Positions 1 through 10,673 of a DNA stretch of 64,000 nucleotides are shown one piece after another (positions within the stretch are counted from its first letter, which is position 1; the number at the start of each line of letters is the position of its first letter). Both the position numbers and the translations under genes were made by a program. The stretch comes from an uncultured bacterium (lineage in GTDB: Bacteria; Babelota; Babeliae; Babelales; Babelaceae). A model generated the notes under the pieces. The model saw only the letters and a list, made by a program, of their open reading frames with translations, did not search any database and was not told where the DNA came from. The DNA is taken from NCBI GenBank assembly GCA_963819815.1, contig CAWFXL010000001.1, positions 864,001-928,000 on the forward strand. Direction: 5' to 3'.

Positions 1-284
1 AAAAAATGAACCTACCAAAACTCACAATGACCCGACTAGACGATCTTTTAAGAAACAACCCCAATTAAAATTAGAAAAAAACGGAACTAGTGACTTCTCG
101 CATGTTCGTCATACAAGAGATCCCCTGTTTTTTTAGGGCTTTCACCCTAGCAAGGAAGGATGATCACATTTCTTTCACTCTTATAAGGAAGCTTTAAACG
201 CAGAATGTGATGTATCATAGTGGCTAGGTCAAAAGATGTATGGTATACTAAGAAACAATCAAGTAATCCGTAACCCGCTACCCT

Positions 285-2111
285 ATGAACATGCAAAAAT
301 TTGATGTTATCGTGGTTGGCGGTGGCCATGCAGGAATTGAAGCTGCCTATGCAGCAGCCCGGCTTGGCTCCCGTACCCTACTACTAAGTCTTAAGCTCGA
401 CCGCATAGGCCATATGCCGTGCAACCCTGCTATTGGGGGCATCGGCAAGGGGCATATCGTCTTTGAGATTAGTGCACTAGGTGGCCTCATGCCAAAACTC
501 TGTACGAGCACCTATCTTCAAGCACGCATGCTCAATACAAGAAAAGGTCCTGCTGTTCATGGACTACGTCTACAAATCGACAAGGTAGCCTATGCTGAGC
601 TCAGCCAAAAAGAGTTAGCACACGTTTCCAACCTTACTATTATGAGCGGTCTTGTAGATGAGCTACTTCTTCATGAAGATGGCTCAATTAAAGGAGTGCG
701 TACCCAAGAGGGAACTATCTATGAAGCTTCTTCGGTCGTCCTTACTACGGGTACTTTTTTAAATGGCCTGTGTCATGTAGGCTATGATAACTACCAAGCA
801 GGAAGACAGGGAGAAGAAGCGGTTACCAAACTCTCGAGCTTCTTAAGTTCACGTGGTCTTTCCATGAAACGTTTAAAAACAGGAACTCCTCCACGCTTAT
901 TGCGTAGCAGTTTAGACTTTACTCAGATGGAATACCAAGGATCTGATGAGCTTTCATCTCTCTTTGAGTTTGAGCCTCATCAGGTTACCCATAAAATGGG
1001 CTGTTATATTACCCATACCAATGAAAAGACCCATGCAATTTTAACGAAAAACTTTGAGAAGTCGCCGATATTTACGGGGCATATCAAAGGCACTCCGCCA
1101 CGATATTGTCCTTCTATTGAAGATAAAATCTCCCGCTTTGCCGGCAAAACTTCCCATCATGTATTTGTCGAACCAGAAAGTGCCTCAAGTGAAGAAATCT
1201 ATCCTAATGGGCTCTCTACCTCGATGCCTCTTGAAGTGCAGGAGGAGTTTATTAGGTCGATAAAAGGCTTTGAGAAAGCAGAGATTGTACGACCAGGTTA
1301 TGCAGTCGAATATGATTGTATATTACCCAACCAACTCAAGCATACGCTCGAAGTTAAAACGATTCCGGGACTCTTTCTTGCAGGACAGATCAACGGGACT
1401 ACCGGCTATGAAGAGGCTGCAGGACAGGGCATCATAGCGGGCATTAATGCAGCGCATAAATCACAAGATAAAGAGCCCTTTATTATAGCACGTACTGAAG
1501 GCTATATCGGTATCATGATCGATGATCTAGTCACACTCAGTATCGATGAGCCGTACCGCATGTTTACCTCACGTGCAGAACGGCGTCTTATCCTCCGTCA
1601 AGATAATGTCTTTGATCGATTGGGAGATAAAGCTCATGCGCATGGACTCATAAGCGATAATACCTATGCCGCAATTACACAGGAACGTGAGCTCGTACGT
1701 GCGTGTGGTACTCTGCTCGCCTCTAACAAGCGTCAATTTCTTGCCCTCAAACAATGGCTTGGAGAGGGACGGGTAGATGATGTGTATGCTCATATTACTC
1801 AGATAGCACCGGAGCCGCTTTCAGACAGAGCACGTACTATGGTCTATGCGGATCTGCTTTATGGCCCGTATATTGAACGGGAAGAGAAGGAGCTTGCTAA
1901 GACCCACTATTATCAAAGCCTTGAAATTCCTTCATCCTTTAGCTATGACTATATACCTGGCCTTTCAATTGAGCTGCGCCAAAAGCTCGCCTCTATAAGG
2001 CCCAATACCATAGCGCAAGCTCAGCTCATTACGGGGATGACCCCTGCTGCAATCTCATTATTGATATTTAAAGTACGAGAGCACCGCAAAAAGGAGCCTC
2101 ATGAATCCTAA
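285..2111 (+). CDS. mnmG: tRNA uridine-5-carboxymethylaminomethyl(34) synthesis enzyme MnmG (GidA)
   Basis: FAD motif VVGGGHAGIEAA, MPCNPAIGG, RLKTGTPPR, PRYCPSIEDK, AGQINGTTGYEEAA, EPYRMFTSRAE. Confidence 0.98.
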   Translation: MNMQKFDVIVVGGGHAGIEAAYAAARLGSRTLLLSLKLDRIGHMPCNPAIGGIGKGHIVFEISALGGLMPKLCTSTYLQARMLNTRKGPAVHGLRLQIDKVAYAELSQKELAHVSNLTIMSGLVDELLLHEDGSIKGVRTQEGTIYEASSVVLTTGTFLNGLCHVGYDNYQAGRQGEEAVTKLSSFLSSRGLSMKRLKTGTPPRLLRSSLDFTQMEYQGSDELSSLFEFEPHQVTHKMGCYITHTNEKTHAILTKNFEKSPIFTGHIKGTPPRYCPSIEDKISRFAGKTSHHVFVEPESASSEEIYPNGLSTSMPLEVQEEFIRSIKGFEKAEIVRPGYAVEYDCILPNQLKHTLEVKTIPGLFLAGQINGTTGYEEAAGQGIIAGINAAHKSQDKEPFIIARTEGYIGIMIDDLVTLSIDEPYRMFTSRAERRLILRQDNVFDRLGDKAHAHGLISDNTYAAITQERELVRACGTLLASNKRQFLALKQWLGEGRVDDVYAHITQIAPEPLSDRARTMVYADLLYGPYIEREEKELAKTHYYQSLEIPSSFSYDYIPGLSIELRQKLASIRPNTIAQAQLITGMTPAAISLLIFKVREHRKKEPHES

Positions 2112-2883
2112 ACTGCTCACCTTATATGGACCACTTGAGTTTAATGGCTACAATACGGCCATTATGATCGGCATCGGAGTATTTTTGTATTGTGCTAATA
2201 GGCATCCTACCCGAGCCCAGTATATGAGCAGTTCAGCATTTTTTAATCTTATTATCGAGTCGGCACTTGCAGCACTGTTAGGCGGCAGAATTCTCCATAT
2301 ACTCAGCAGTTTATCAGACTATCCAACCCTGTATGCTATGATCAGTCTCTGGGATGGTGGTCTTTCTATACTAGGTGGCTTTTTGGGGGTACTTCTCTTT
2401 AGTAGCTGGCGCTTACGTCAACTTGGAGTTCCCTTTGCACCCGTTGCTGACATTGCAGCGCTCTATGCCCCTCTTGTGCATAGCATTGCACGCATAGGAT
2501 GCTTCATAGTAGGATGCTGCCATGGCGCTCCAACTGACAGTATTTTTGGCTTTACCTATACGCACCCACAGGCTCTTGCGCCACTTAATATTCCCCTCCA
2601 TCCAAGTCAACTGTATAGCTCTCTCGTATACGCATGCTTATTCATAGCATTATATCTCTATGCTGAGCGCTCCAAACCGCAAGCTGGTGTTATCACCCTA
2701 CTTTATATCATGGGCATGAGCCTTGAACGGTTTCTGATTGATTTTGTTCGAGGAGATCGTATACTGGTTGAATCACTTCCTCATCTTTCGTTCTATCAGC
2801 TCGTTGCTGCAGCTCTTTTTATAGGAGCGCTCAGCATTATGATAGTTCGCCAACGGGCACCGACGACCTATGAATCTCTTTAG
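2101..2883 (+). CDS. lgt: Prolipoprotein diacylglyceryl transferase
   Basis: Multi-TM; LLGGR, WDGGLS.LGG, RIGCF..GCCHG, HPSQLY, ERF.IDF.RGD motifs; overlaps mnmG stop. Confidence 0.93.
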   Translation: MNPKLLTLYGPLEFNGYNTAIMIGIGVFLYCANRHPTRAQYMSSSAFFNLIIESALAALLGGRILHILSSLSDYPTLYAMISLWDGGLSILGGFLGVLLFSSWRLRQLGVPFAPVADIAALYAPLVHSIARIGCFIVGCCHGAPTDSIFGFTYTHPQALAPLNIPLHPSQLYSSLVYACLFIALYLYAERSKPQAGVITLLYIMGMSLERFLIDFVRGDRILVESLPHLSFYQLVAAALFIGALSIMIVRQRAPTTYESL

Positions 2884-4600
2884 TTATATTAAACAACGAG
2901 TACCGATACTCACTGTTATCGGTGAATATACGACCCTTAAAAAGGCCGGCATGTACTGGAAAGGATGCTGCCCTTTTCACCACGAACGTACAGCTTCCTT
3001 CACCGTAAGTCCTCACAAGGAGATCTTCTATTGCTTTGGCTGCCATGAAGGGGGCGACGTTATCTCCTTTATCGCAAAAGTTGAACATTGCACACCCTTA
3101 GAAGCAGCACGCCATCTTGTTGAACGGAACGGCATCTCATTGCCCGAGGATATGTCCTGGGATAAGAAAACGGAAACCTATGATGCAAAGAAAAGCTACT
3201 ATAAGACCTGTGAGCTATTTTCAAAGTGGTGCCAGGAGCAGCTCGGTAAAAATCCCCTCGCACACCGCTATCTGATTGATCGTCAGATAACAGAAGGAAG
3301 CATCTCCTCCTTTTCCCTGGGGTACTGCTCAACCGACGTACGGAGCCTCCTAAACTTTGCCACAAAAGAAGGAGTCCTTGCACAAAACTTTATAGATGCC
3401 CACATTATCAAAGAGGGCAAAATGGGCCTCTATACCACCTTTGATGAGCGGATAATATTTCCGATACACGATCATCTTGGCCATACGGTCGGCTTTGGAG
3501 GAAGGGTTTTTAAGGACGGCGACGACCGAGCTAAATACTATAACTCTCAAGATCACGTTTTTTTTAATAAAGGAACCTTACTTTTTGGCCTTGATAAAGC
3601 TAAGAAGGCTATTTCAAAAGAAGAGGCGGTCTTTCTTGTTGAAGGATATACTGACCTTATTATGATGCATCAGTACGGCTATACCAATTCAGTAGCTACG
3701 CTAGGCACTGCCTGTACGCCTGACCATTTAAAGCAGTTAGCACATTACGCCGAGAGGCTCTATGTCCTCTATGATGGGGACTCTGCAGGACAAAATGCTA
3801 TTATACGCCTCGCTGAGCTCTGTTGGGAAGTGTCGATCGATCCCTATGTAATTATACTACCCAAAGAGGATGATCCCGCGTCATATCTGAGCAAGCATAA
3901 GAGTCTTAAGGAACCATTAGCATCTGCCCATGATATTTTTTCGTATGTCGTACATCACTTTGCAGATGACTTTAAGAATAAGAGTCTGCAAGGAAAACTG
4001 GCTGCTACTACGAAGATTCTTGAACTGATTGGATCATTATCAGATCCTCTTAAGCGCGACCTTCTGCTTCAGCAGGCAAGTGAGCGATTCATGGTGCCCT
4101 TGAATACGCTCAGACAGAGCATTATGAGTCAGAGAAAGGCGCATATTCCATCCAAAAGCCAGGAAACCTCAAAACTTAGCGCATCTCCGTTAGAAAAAAA
4201 GCTATTTTCTGCTATACTATCTCATAGGAATGTACTTGCCCCAGAAGATGAAGTACTCTTGGGGTTACTGCTCGATACACCGTTAAAAAAGGTCTTTGAT
4301 GCTTGGAATGCTTCAAAAAGTAATGAAGGTACCGATCTTATCGCACTGTTTGAACGACTTGATGAACCGGAAAAGTCATTTATCAGTCAATGTATTACCC
4401 AAGAAGAACCGGGCGATAAAGAACTCCTTGAACCTGCCCAGCTTACTCAGATTTATAAGAAACAGTGGAAAAAGAAAGTCCATGATGTCAAACTAAGAAT
4501 TGAAGAGGCGGAAAAGCAGGGAGAGCGAACACAGGTAGCTCAGTTACTCAATGACCTTAATGCGCTTAAAACTAAAATGCTTGTAAGGGGTATAACATGA
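2870..4600 (+). CDS. dnaG: DNA primase
   Basis: Zn finger CPFH.ERTASF...FYCFGC, GFGGR, KYYNS, TOPRIM VEGYTD and YDGDSAG. Confidence 0.98.
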   Translation: MNLFSYIKQRVPILTVIGEYTTLKKAGMYWKGCCPFHHERTASFTVSPHKEIFYCFGCHEGGDVISFIAKVEHCTPLEAARHLVERNGISLPEDMSWDKKTETYDAKKSYYKTCELFSKWCQEQLGKNPLAHRYLIDRQITEGSISSFSLGYCSTDVRSLLNFATKEGVLAQNFIDAHIIKEGKMGLYTTFDERIIFPIHDHLGHTVGFGGRVFKDGDDRAKYYNSQDHVFFNKGTLLFGLDKAKKAISKEEAVFLVEGYTDLIMMHQYGYTNSVATLGTACTPDHLKQLAHYAERLYVLYDGDSAGQNAIIRLAELCWEVSIDPYVIILPKEDDPASYLSKHKSLKEPLASAHDIFSYVVHHFADDFKNKSLQGKLAATTKILELIGSLSDPLKRDLLLQQASERFMVPLNTLRQSIMSQRKAHIPSKSQETSKLSASPLEKKLFSAILSHRNVLAPEDEVLLGLLLDTPLKKVFDAWNASKSNEGTDLIALFERLDEPEKSFISQCITQEEPGDKELLEPAQLTQIYKKQWKKKVHDVKLRIEEAEKQGERTQVAQLLNDLNALKTKMLVRGIT

Positions 4601-6744
4601 CGAAGAAAAAAACAGTAGAGCCAACAAAGACTACAAAGTCAAAAGTTACGCCAAAAGTTGCACCTAAAGCAGCTCCAAAAGCTCAGTCTAAGACCGCACC
4701 TAAGGCAGCTCAAAAGGCTACTCCTAAACCTACGCCTAAAGTTACACCAAAAACAGCTCCTATAGCTGTTCAAAAAGCTCCTACCCCAAAAGTTACTCCC
4801 CAAAATGTCATTGAGGTTAAAAAGCCAGTTGCCCCTGTTGAATCTGTACGACGGACTCACCTAAAACCAAAGCCTAAAAATGTCGCCGCACCTAAAAAAG
4901 AGATCGAAGCAGGTGAAACACAAGAACTCATCGATGAACTTATCGAGCGTGGAAAACAGTCTGCGGCTTTGAGCTATGAAGAGATCATGGAGTTCAGTGA
5001 GAATAATCATCTGAGTGAGATCGAAACGGCTGACCTCTTAAAAGCTCTTGAGAAATCTAACGTGACTCTTGTTATGCAAGAGGAGATCGATAAAGAAGAA
5101 GCTCTTCAAGACTTTGAAAAAGAAGAATCGAAGAAAGAACATTTAACCTCTCACTTAAAATCATCGATCGACTATGTGGGCGACGAAGAAGATGTTGATG
5201 AAGATGAGGAAGATGAAGAGGATGGACGCTCAACCGTTCGAGTCGTGGGCGAAGCTGCTCATATTGCTGATGGTGTTAAGTGCTATTTACGAGATATCGG
5301 CAAGATTCCTCTGTTAAATAAAAAAACAGAATCTATCATCGCGAATAAAATAACGCAGGGCAAACGAGAATCTATTGAAGCAATCTCCCGATTTCCTTTT
5401 ATTCATAAAGAGATTATTTCACTGGGAGAACGGCTTGAAAAGAACTCAGTGCCCGTAAAAGATATCATCCAATTTACTGAATTTGATGAAGAGAATGCTC
5501 CCAAAGTCGAAGAAGAAAAGAAGCTCCTTCTTAAGACCATCGCTAAAATAAAAGAGCTTGTGGACAATGAATCTAAGATTTATCGAAGCTATCGAGATAA
5601 GCTTAATTCTTCTGAGATGAAAAAAGAGATGCTTGCAGCCGTCCAAGCCAACAAAAATGATATAGCTGAGACCATACAGTCGATAAAGCTCTCTAATAAG
5701 TTCATTCGCAAACTTTCAAAGCGCCTTGAAAAGATCATCAACAAGATCAAAGAGCGCACAGAAGCAAGTCAGTACTATGAAACTGACTATTCTTCCCTAG
5801 AGGCAAAGAAGAATCGTACTGAAGAAGAGCAGCAACGCATGGAAGAGGTTCATCGGCTTATGCGAGGTGCTTTGAAAGCGATCAAAAAGTCTGAGCAAGA
5901 AGCAGGACTTCCCCAAGAAGATATCTTCAGATACTATACTATGCTCAAAACAGGGCAGGTCATAGATAAGCGAGCAAAAGATGATCTTGCACGGGCAAAC
6001 TTACGCCTTGTAGTCAATATCGCTAAAAAATATGTAAACCGTGGTCTTCATTTTCTTGATCTGATCCAAGAAGGAAACATCGGTCTGATGAAAGCGGTAG
6101 AAAAGTTCGAATTTGAACGGGGCTTTAAGTTCTCAACCTATGCAACCTGGTGGATCCGACAGGCCATTACCCGTGCAATTGCAGATCAGTCACGAACTAT
6201 TCGTGTACCTGTTCATATGGTTGAAACGCTCAATAAGATCAATAAGATTAAGCGAACCTTCATCCAAGAGCATGGCCGTGAACCAACACATACTGAATTA
6301 GCAAAAGAGCTCAACATCGATGAGAAGAAGATAAAGAATATTATCAAGATCTCTAAAGAGCCTATTTCTCTTGAAACACCTGTTGGTGATAGTGAAGATG
6401 CTTTCATTAAAGATTTTATTGAAAGCGAAAATGAGTTTTCACCCGCAGATACGGTTGCTAACAGTGACTTAAAAGATCGTGTCCGTGAAGTGCTTAAAAC
6501 ACTTACTCCACGTGAAGAAAAAGTACTTAAAATGCGCTTTGGTATCGATGTCGCTTCTGAGCATACTCTTGAAGAGGTCGGTAAAGACTTCTCGGTAACT
6601 CGTGAACGTATTCGCCAAATCGAAGTAAAAGCGCTCCGCAAACTCCGCCATCCTTCACGAAGCAAGAAGCTGCAGACCTTCTTTGATAAGGAGTTCAATA
6701 TCTCCGCAGAAGAAACCCTCAATGATGAGGATGACGACGAATAA
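4597..6744 (+). CDS. rpoD: RNA polymerase primary sigma factor with K/A/P/T-rich N-terminal extension
   Basis: [44 protein letters not shown], region 4 TLEEVG...TRERIRQIE; follows dnaG with ATGA overlap. Confidence 0.98.
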   Translation: MTKKKTVEPTKTTKSKVTPKVAPKAAPKAQSKTAPKAAQKATPKPTPKVTPKTAPIAVQKAPTPKVTPQNVIEVKKPVAPVESVRRTHLKPKPKNVAAPKKEIEAGETQELIDELIERGKQSAALSYEEIMEFSENNHLSEIETADLLKALEKSNVTLVMQEEIDKEEALQDFEKEESKKEHLTSHLKSSIDYVGDEEDVDEDEEDEEDGRSTVRVVGEAAHIADGVKCYLRDIGKIPLLNKKTESIIANKITQGKRESIEAISRFPFIHKEIISLGERLEKNSVPVKDIIQFTEFDEENAPKVEEEKKLLLKTIAKIKELVDNESKIYRSYRDKLNSSEMKKEMLAAVQANKNDIAETIQSIKLSNKFIRKLSKRLEKIINKIKERTEASQYYETDYSSLEAKKNRTEEEQQRMEEVHRLMRGALKAIKKSEQEAGLPQEDIFRYYTMLKTGQVIDKRAKDDLARANLRLVVNIAKKYVNRGLHFLDLIQEGNIGLMKAVEKFEFERGFKFSTYATWWIRQAITRAIADQSRTIRVPVHMVETLNKINKIKRTFIQEHGREPTHTELAKELNIDEKKIKNIIKISKEPISLETPVGDSEDAFIKDFIESENEFSPADTVANSDLKDRVREVLKTLTPREEKVLKMRFGIDVASEHTLEEVGKDFSVTRERIRQIEVKALRKLRHPSRSKKLQTFFDKEFNISAEETLNDEDDDE

Positions 6745-6764
6745 GAAACAGATTATCTGGAACG

Positions 6765-6796
6765 AAACTCCCAAGAGCCAATCTTGGGAGTTTTTT
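6765..6796 (+). terminator. Intrinsic terminator of the mnmG-lgt-dnaG-rpoD operon
   Basis: AAACTCCCAAGA-gccaa-TCTTGGGAGTTT stem followed by a T run. Confidence 0.85.
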
Positions 6797-7155
6797 CTAC
6801 CGTCTACATGGTAACCATTTGGATGTTTATGAGTACTATTCAGAGTCATCATCCCTTTTAGTACTATCGAAAACACCCAACGGGCCCTTACTGAGAAGCT
6901 CAAAGATTACGAGAAGGATCTTATATGGGGTATTTTTGAGTCAAGCGCAGAAAATAATTTGTTTTTTTGTAATAATTTCTGGCCAGACAAAAAAAATCAT
7001 GCTACCCTTAAGCTAAGACTTTTTGAAAAGTCTTGTAGTATTAAACGAAAAAGAGCGCATCAGGCTCTGGTAAAAGGCTCCAAAAGAAGGGGTTACACGT
7101 CTAAAGAGGCTTCAATTATAAGATGTTTCTTGTGATAACCAAGAGAAGGACCGAC

Positions 7156-8955
7156 ATGAATAAAAACATACTTGTACACATTGTAGGAACACTAGTATTC
7201 AGCATAGCTTCTCTTAGAGGGATGCAGCAAGCAGTTGTTGAAAATGCTCTTTCAGACATTGAGCTCGCCTGTACTAATAATGAGATTAATGAGGTAAAAA
7301 GGCTCTTATCCCGGGGAGTCAAGGTTAATGCGGTGAATCACCAGGGCGTTACACTCTTATACATTGCAAGTCAATTAGGCCACAAGACAATAACCCAACT
7401 CTTATTAAATTACGGAGCAGAGGTAAATGCTCAATCACCTGATGGTGGGACGGCATTACATGCAGCAAGTATGAATAATCATTCAGATCTATGCAAAATA
7501 CTCATAGATCGTGGAGCAACCGTCGATATACAAACACGTAGTGGGGCAACAGCTCTTTTTACCGCAGTTTTACGTAATAGCTATGAGGCCGCCTCTGTCT
7601 TGCTCAATAATGGTGCTAATCCAAATATACCTACCATAAAAAATAAAAAAACTCCGATTCATAGAGCAATTGAGGATAATAATATAAGGATGGTGGAGCT
7701 TCTGGTCGCTCATAGTGCAGATCTCTCATGTAAAGATAAGCAGGAGAACACACCGCTCTTATTGGCAGCTATAGCATCGAATGAAGCTATAGGTCAAAAA
7801 CTTATAGAGTTTCATGCGAACTGCAAGGGTTCTGGATTTTACTTCAGTAAGAAGAATAAACTCTTAAGAAAATTTCTCGCTACTCTTAATGCAAGTCAGA
7901 GTGAATTAGCTGAGGATGGCGCAGCTCCCGGCATAGTTTCTCCGTACATCAGTATTAAATATGTAAGTACCAACAACGAAAATGACAATGACGGAGCTGT
8001 AAATAATCAGCCCTACCAAAGTATACTGACTAAGGCAAAGAATAATTATGAGAACTTTTCTGCCCCTCTTGATGGAAAATCTGAAAAAGCTCAAGTCTCA
8101 GTAAATGGCCATTATGATGAAGCACGTCTTCGGCAGCAGGATAACTATGAGGCAGTTTTTTATCTCGAAGCTGAGACGACACCAAATGATCATTATTGTT
8201 CAGTCGTTCCTCGGCAACCAGAAAACTCTAACGACATATTTGCATCGCTCCATAAGGCAGCATCCGAAGGATCTTGTGAAGAAATTGAGATCTTGCTCAG
8301 TTTTGGAGTTCCAATCGATTTGCGTGATGATGACGGATATACCCCTCTTCAAAGGGGAGTAATGGCCGGCAAAGAAAACACTTGTAGACTACTCTTAGCA
8401 CGTGAAGCTGATAGGAGCCTCAAGACTCCTCATGGTAAAACAGCGTTAGAGCTCGCAAAAGAGTTACAGTTTGCTAAACTCGTTGCTCTCCTTGAAAGTT
8501 CTTCAGTCATCAACTCTCCAGGGTATGGAAGTATACCAATGGCACCCTCTGGATATGCAGCAATGCCTGAATCGGCATTTAAATCGTCGGGTAGTTATGG
8601 ACAATTACCCTTACGACTTGCCGGGTACATTAAGTCTTCAGCACAATCTAAGGCTGACGAAAAAAGATACGTTTCGATCCCTCTCATTCATAAAGCCTCT
8701 CAGGAGGGGATCTGTGAGATTATAGAAATGCACTTAAACTTGAAAGTTCCTGTCGATTTGCCCGATGCCGAAGGCTATACACCACTTCATAAGGCAGCAA
8801 TGGCCAACCAAGAAGCTGCGTGTAGGCTACTACTCAGCAGAGGTGCTAATCGAAGCGTAAGAACTAAGGCAGGTAAAACTGCACAGATGATTGCTCAAGA
8901 ACAAGGATTCAAAAGACTGGCAGCCCTTCTTGGAAATGCTACACAATCTAAGTAG
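7156..8955 (+). CDS. Secreted ankyrin-repeat protein with Tyr-motif-rich linkers
   Basis: N-terminal signal-like peptide; ankyrin repeats (GVTLLYIA, GGTALHAA, GATALFTA, KTPIHRA, NTPLLLA, GYTPLQRG, GYTPLHKA) in three blocks; ATG 7156 preceded by AGAAGGA. Confidence 0.9.
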   Translation: MNKNILVHIVGTLVFSIASLRGMQQAVVENALSDIELACTNNEINEVKRLLSRGVKVNAVNHQGVTLLYIASQLGHKTITQLLLNYGAEVNAQSPDGGTALHAASMNNHSDLCKILIDRGATVDIQTRSGATALFTAVLRNSYEAASVLLNNGANPNIPTIKNKKTPIHRAIEDNNIRMVELLVAHSADLSCKDKQENTPLLLAAIASNEAIGQKLIEFHANCKGSGFYFSKKNKLLRKFLATLNASQSELAEDGAAPGIVSPYISIKYVSTNNENDNDGAVNNQPYQSILTKAKNNYENFSAPLDGKSEKAQVSVNGHYDEARLRQQDNYEAVFYLEAETTPNDHYCSVVPRQPENSNDIFASLHKAASEGSCEEIEILLSFGVPIDLRDDDGYTPLQRGVMAGKENTCRLLLAREADRSLKTPHGKTALELAKELQFAKLVALLESSSVINSPGYGSIPMAPSGYAAMPESAFKSSGSYGQLPLRLAGYIKSSAQSKADEKRYVSIPLIHKASQEGICEIIEMHLNLKVPVDLPDAEGYTPLHKAAMANQEAACRLLLSRGANRSVRTKAGKTAQMIAQEQGFKRLAALLGNATQSK

Positions 8956-9271
8956 TAAAAAATAGGCTGTCGTACTCTTCATTATTCTTAGATGAAGCAA
9001 CTAGGTGCGAGCCTGGAAAGCAGAAAGTCTGAGTCCGTCCATACCTTCAGAATCTCTGAGAAGGGCACTATTCTATGAGTGGCGCTCCAAAAGAGTCGCT
9101 ACACGCAGGTCAAAGACGTTACCCTTTCTCCACCCTTCTGCATACTGTCATTACGAACAAAACTTTCATTATACTCCATTTATTCAAGCCTTTTGAAGAG
9201 CGCCTGCACACCTGCTATACTAAACAAATAATGACCTATATAGAATTATATAATCACAGTGAGAAGAATTC

Positions 9272-10549
9272 ATGCAAAAAGCATTTCTATTGCGCTCGTT
9301 TCTTCCAAGAATCTTGTGCATCACTCTTATGAGTACCCTCATCCTAAGTGTACAACCTGCCGACAAAGCAAAAACATTGGCTATTGCCCTGTCTAATGGA
9401 TTTTTTACCTACCATACCCTAAACAGTTTGCGCTCTCAACCAAGCAAAACAAAGTACGGTCTTGCGGCACTCGGTTGTGCTCTTGGCTATATAGGTGGTG
9501 ACTCTACACCTGAGCTTGCTCATGGATCCGTTGGCCATGGAGTTGGCATTACTGCCCATATTCTTGGTTCCCTCGCAGGCATGTTTCCCACACGTGCTCC
9601 CGGATCAATCCTTGATAATATAGGAATTTCTTTGCTTGATAACATAGGGGTCTTTTTAGGAGGAGTTCATGCAGGGGTATCATGTGCCGCACTCACCAAG
9701 AAACAGGTAAGTCTCCGAGTATATGATACGGTAACCCCGGGAGAATCGTCAGAACAAACTCCGCAGAAACCCTATACCTTTGCCAATCTGGCCGGTACCA
9801 TTCCTCAAGATATCCGTGAAGTAACTGACTTCATCGCCCAAAGTGACAAATATCGTGCCGTAGGGGCCCATATGCCAAAAGGCATCCTTCTTGTCGGCCC
9901 TCCAGGAACAGGTAAAACTTCTATTGCCCGTGCTATAGCTGGTGAGGTCAATGCAAAATTCATCGCCACAACGGCCAATCGTTTTATTGGTAAATATGCT
10001 GGGCAAGGACCTCAGAGCATACAAGAGCTATTTGACGAAGCTCGTGCTGCTATTAAAGATAGCGCTTATCAAAAAGCGATTATTTTTATTGATGAATTCG
10101 ACGCAATTGGATGTAAACGCAGTAGCAACGTTGAAAGTGGTTATGCGATGGAATACCGTGCTACGATAAATGAACTCCTTAATCAGCTAGATGGATTTAA
10201 ACAAGACGATGATATCTTCGTCATTGCCGCAACAAATCGCCACCAGGATTTAGATCCTGCGCTGATTCGTGCAGGCAGATTCGATCGAATAGTAACGGTA
10301 CCACTTCCTGATGAACAAAGCCGAGAAGCTATCCTGCGTCTCCATGCTGCAAAAATCAAAACTGATGGAAATCTTAATTTCGGAATCCTTGCCCAAAAAA
10401 CTCGGGGACTCACCTGTGCTGATCTTGCAAACATTATCAATGAAGCAGCTATTCATGCAGTTCGTGAAGATAAGACGCTGGTTACTCAGACGCATTTTGA
10501 AAAGGTTTTTCAATCAAGTGAAAAATATCGCAGTAGATTGGGTTCTTGA
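9272..10549 (+). CDS. AAA+ ATPase (FtsH/Cdc48-like AAA module, no protease domain) with hydrophobic N-terminus
   Basis: PKGILLVGPPGTGKT, IIFIDEFDAIG, AATNR..DLDPALIRAGRFDR; ends without the HEXXH M41 domain. Confidence 0.9.
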   Translation: MQKAFLLRSFLPRILCITLMSTLILSVQPADKAKTLAIALSNGFFTYHTLNSLRSQPSKTKYGLAALGCALGYIGGDSTPELAHGSVGHGVGITAHILGSLAGMFPTRAPGSILDNIGISLLDNIGVFLGGVHAGVSCAALTKKQVSLRVYDTVTPGESSEQTPQKPYTFANLAGTIPQDIREVTDFIAQSDKYRAVGAHMPKGILLVGPPGTGKTSIARAIAGEVNAKFIATTANRFIGKYAGQGPQSIQELFDEARAAIKDSAYQKAIIFIDEFDAIGCKRSSNVESGYAMEYRATINELLNQLDGFKQDDDIFVIAATNRHQDLDPALIRAGRFDRIVTVPLPDEQSREAILRLHAAKIKTDGNLNFGILAQKTRGLTCADLANIINEAAIHAVREDKTLVTQTHFEKVFQSSEKYRSRLGS

Positions 10550-10603
10550 AGAAGAATGCTGTAGATGTCCAGGAAGTGAGAAAATTACTCATGTACCCGC
10601 GAC

Positions 10604-10673
10604 TTGACAATTTCTGCCTAATTCAGGAAGATCTAAGCTAGTAGCACTGAGTTACAAGAAAATTGAGGGGAAA
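10604..10673 (+). promoter_or_regulatory. Conserved promoter/RBS of the receptor-like family (copy 1)
   Basis: TTGACAATTTCTG...AAAATTGAGG..ATG, also seen at 12444-12503 (+) and 24839-24899 (-). Confidence 0.65.

Noticed and set aside
6213..6722. 169-aa antisense ORF in rpoD, and similar ones in typA, thrS and hppA
   Set aside because: These are typical antisense shadows of conserved genes
9077..9102. Small hairpin with AAAAGAGTCGCT, also seen at ~20183-20210
   Set aside because: Only a 12-nt match in two places, too weak to call a shared element
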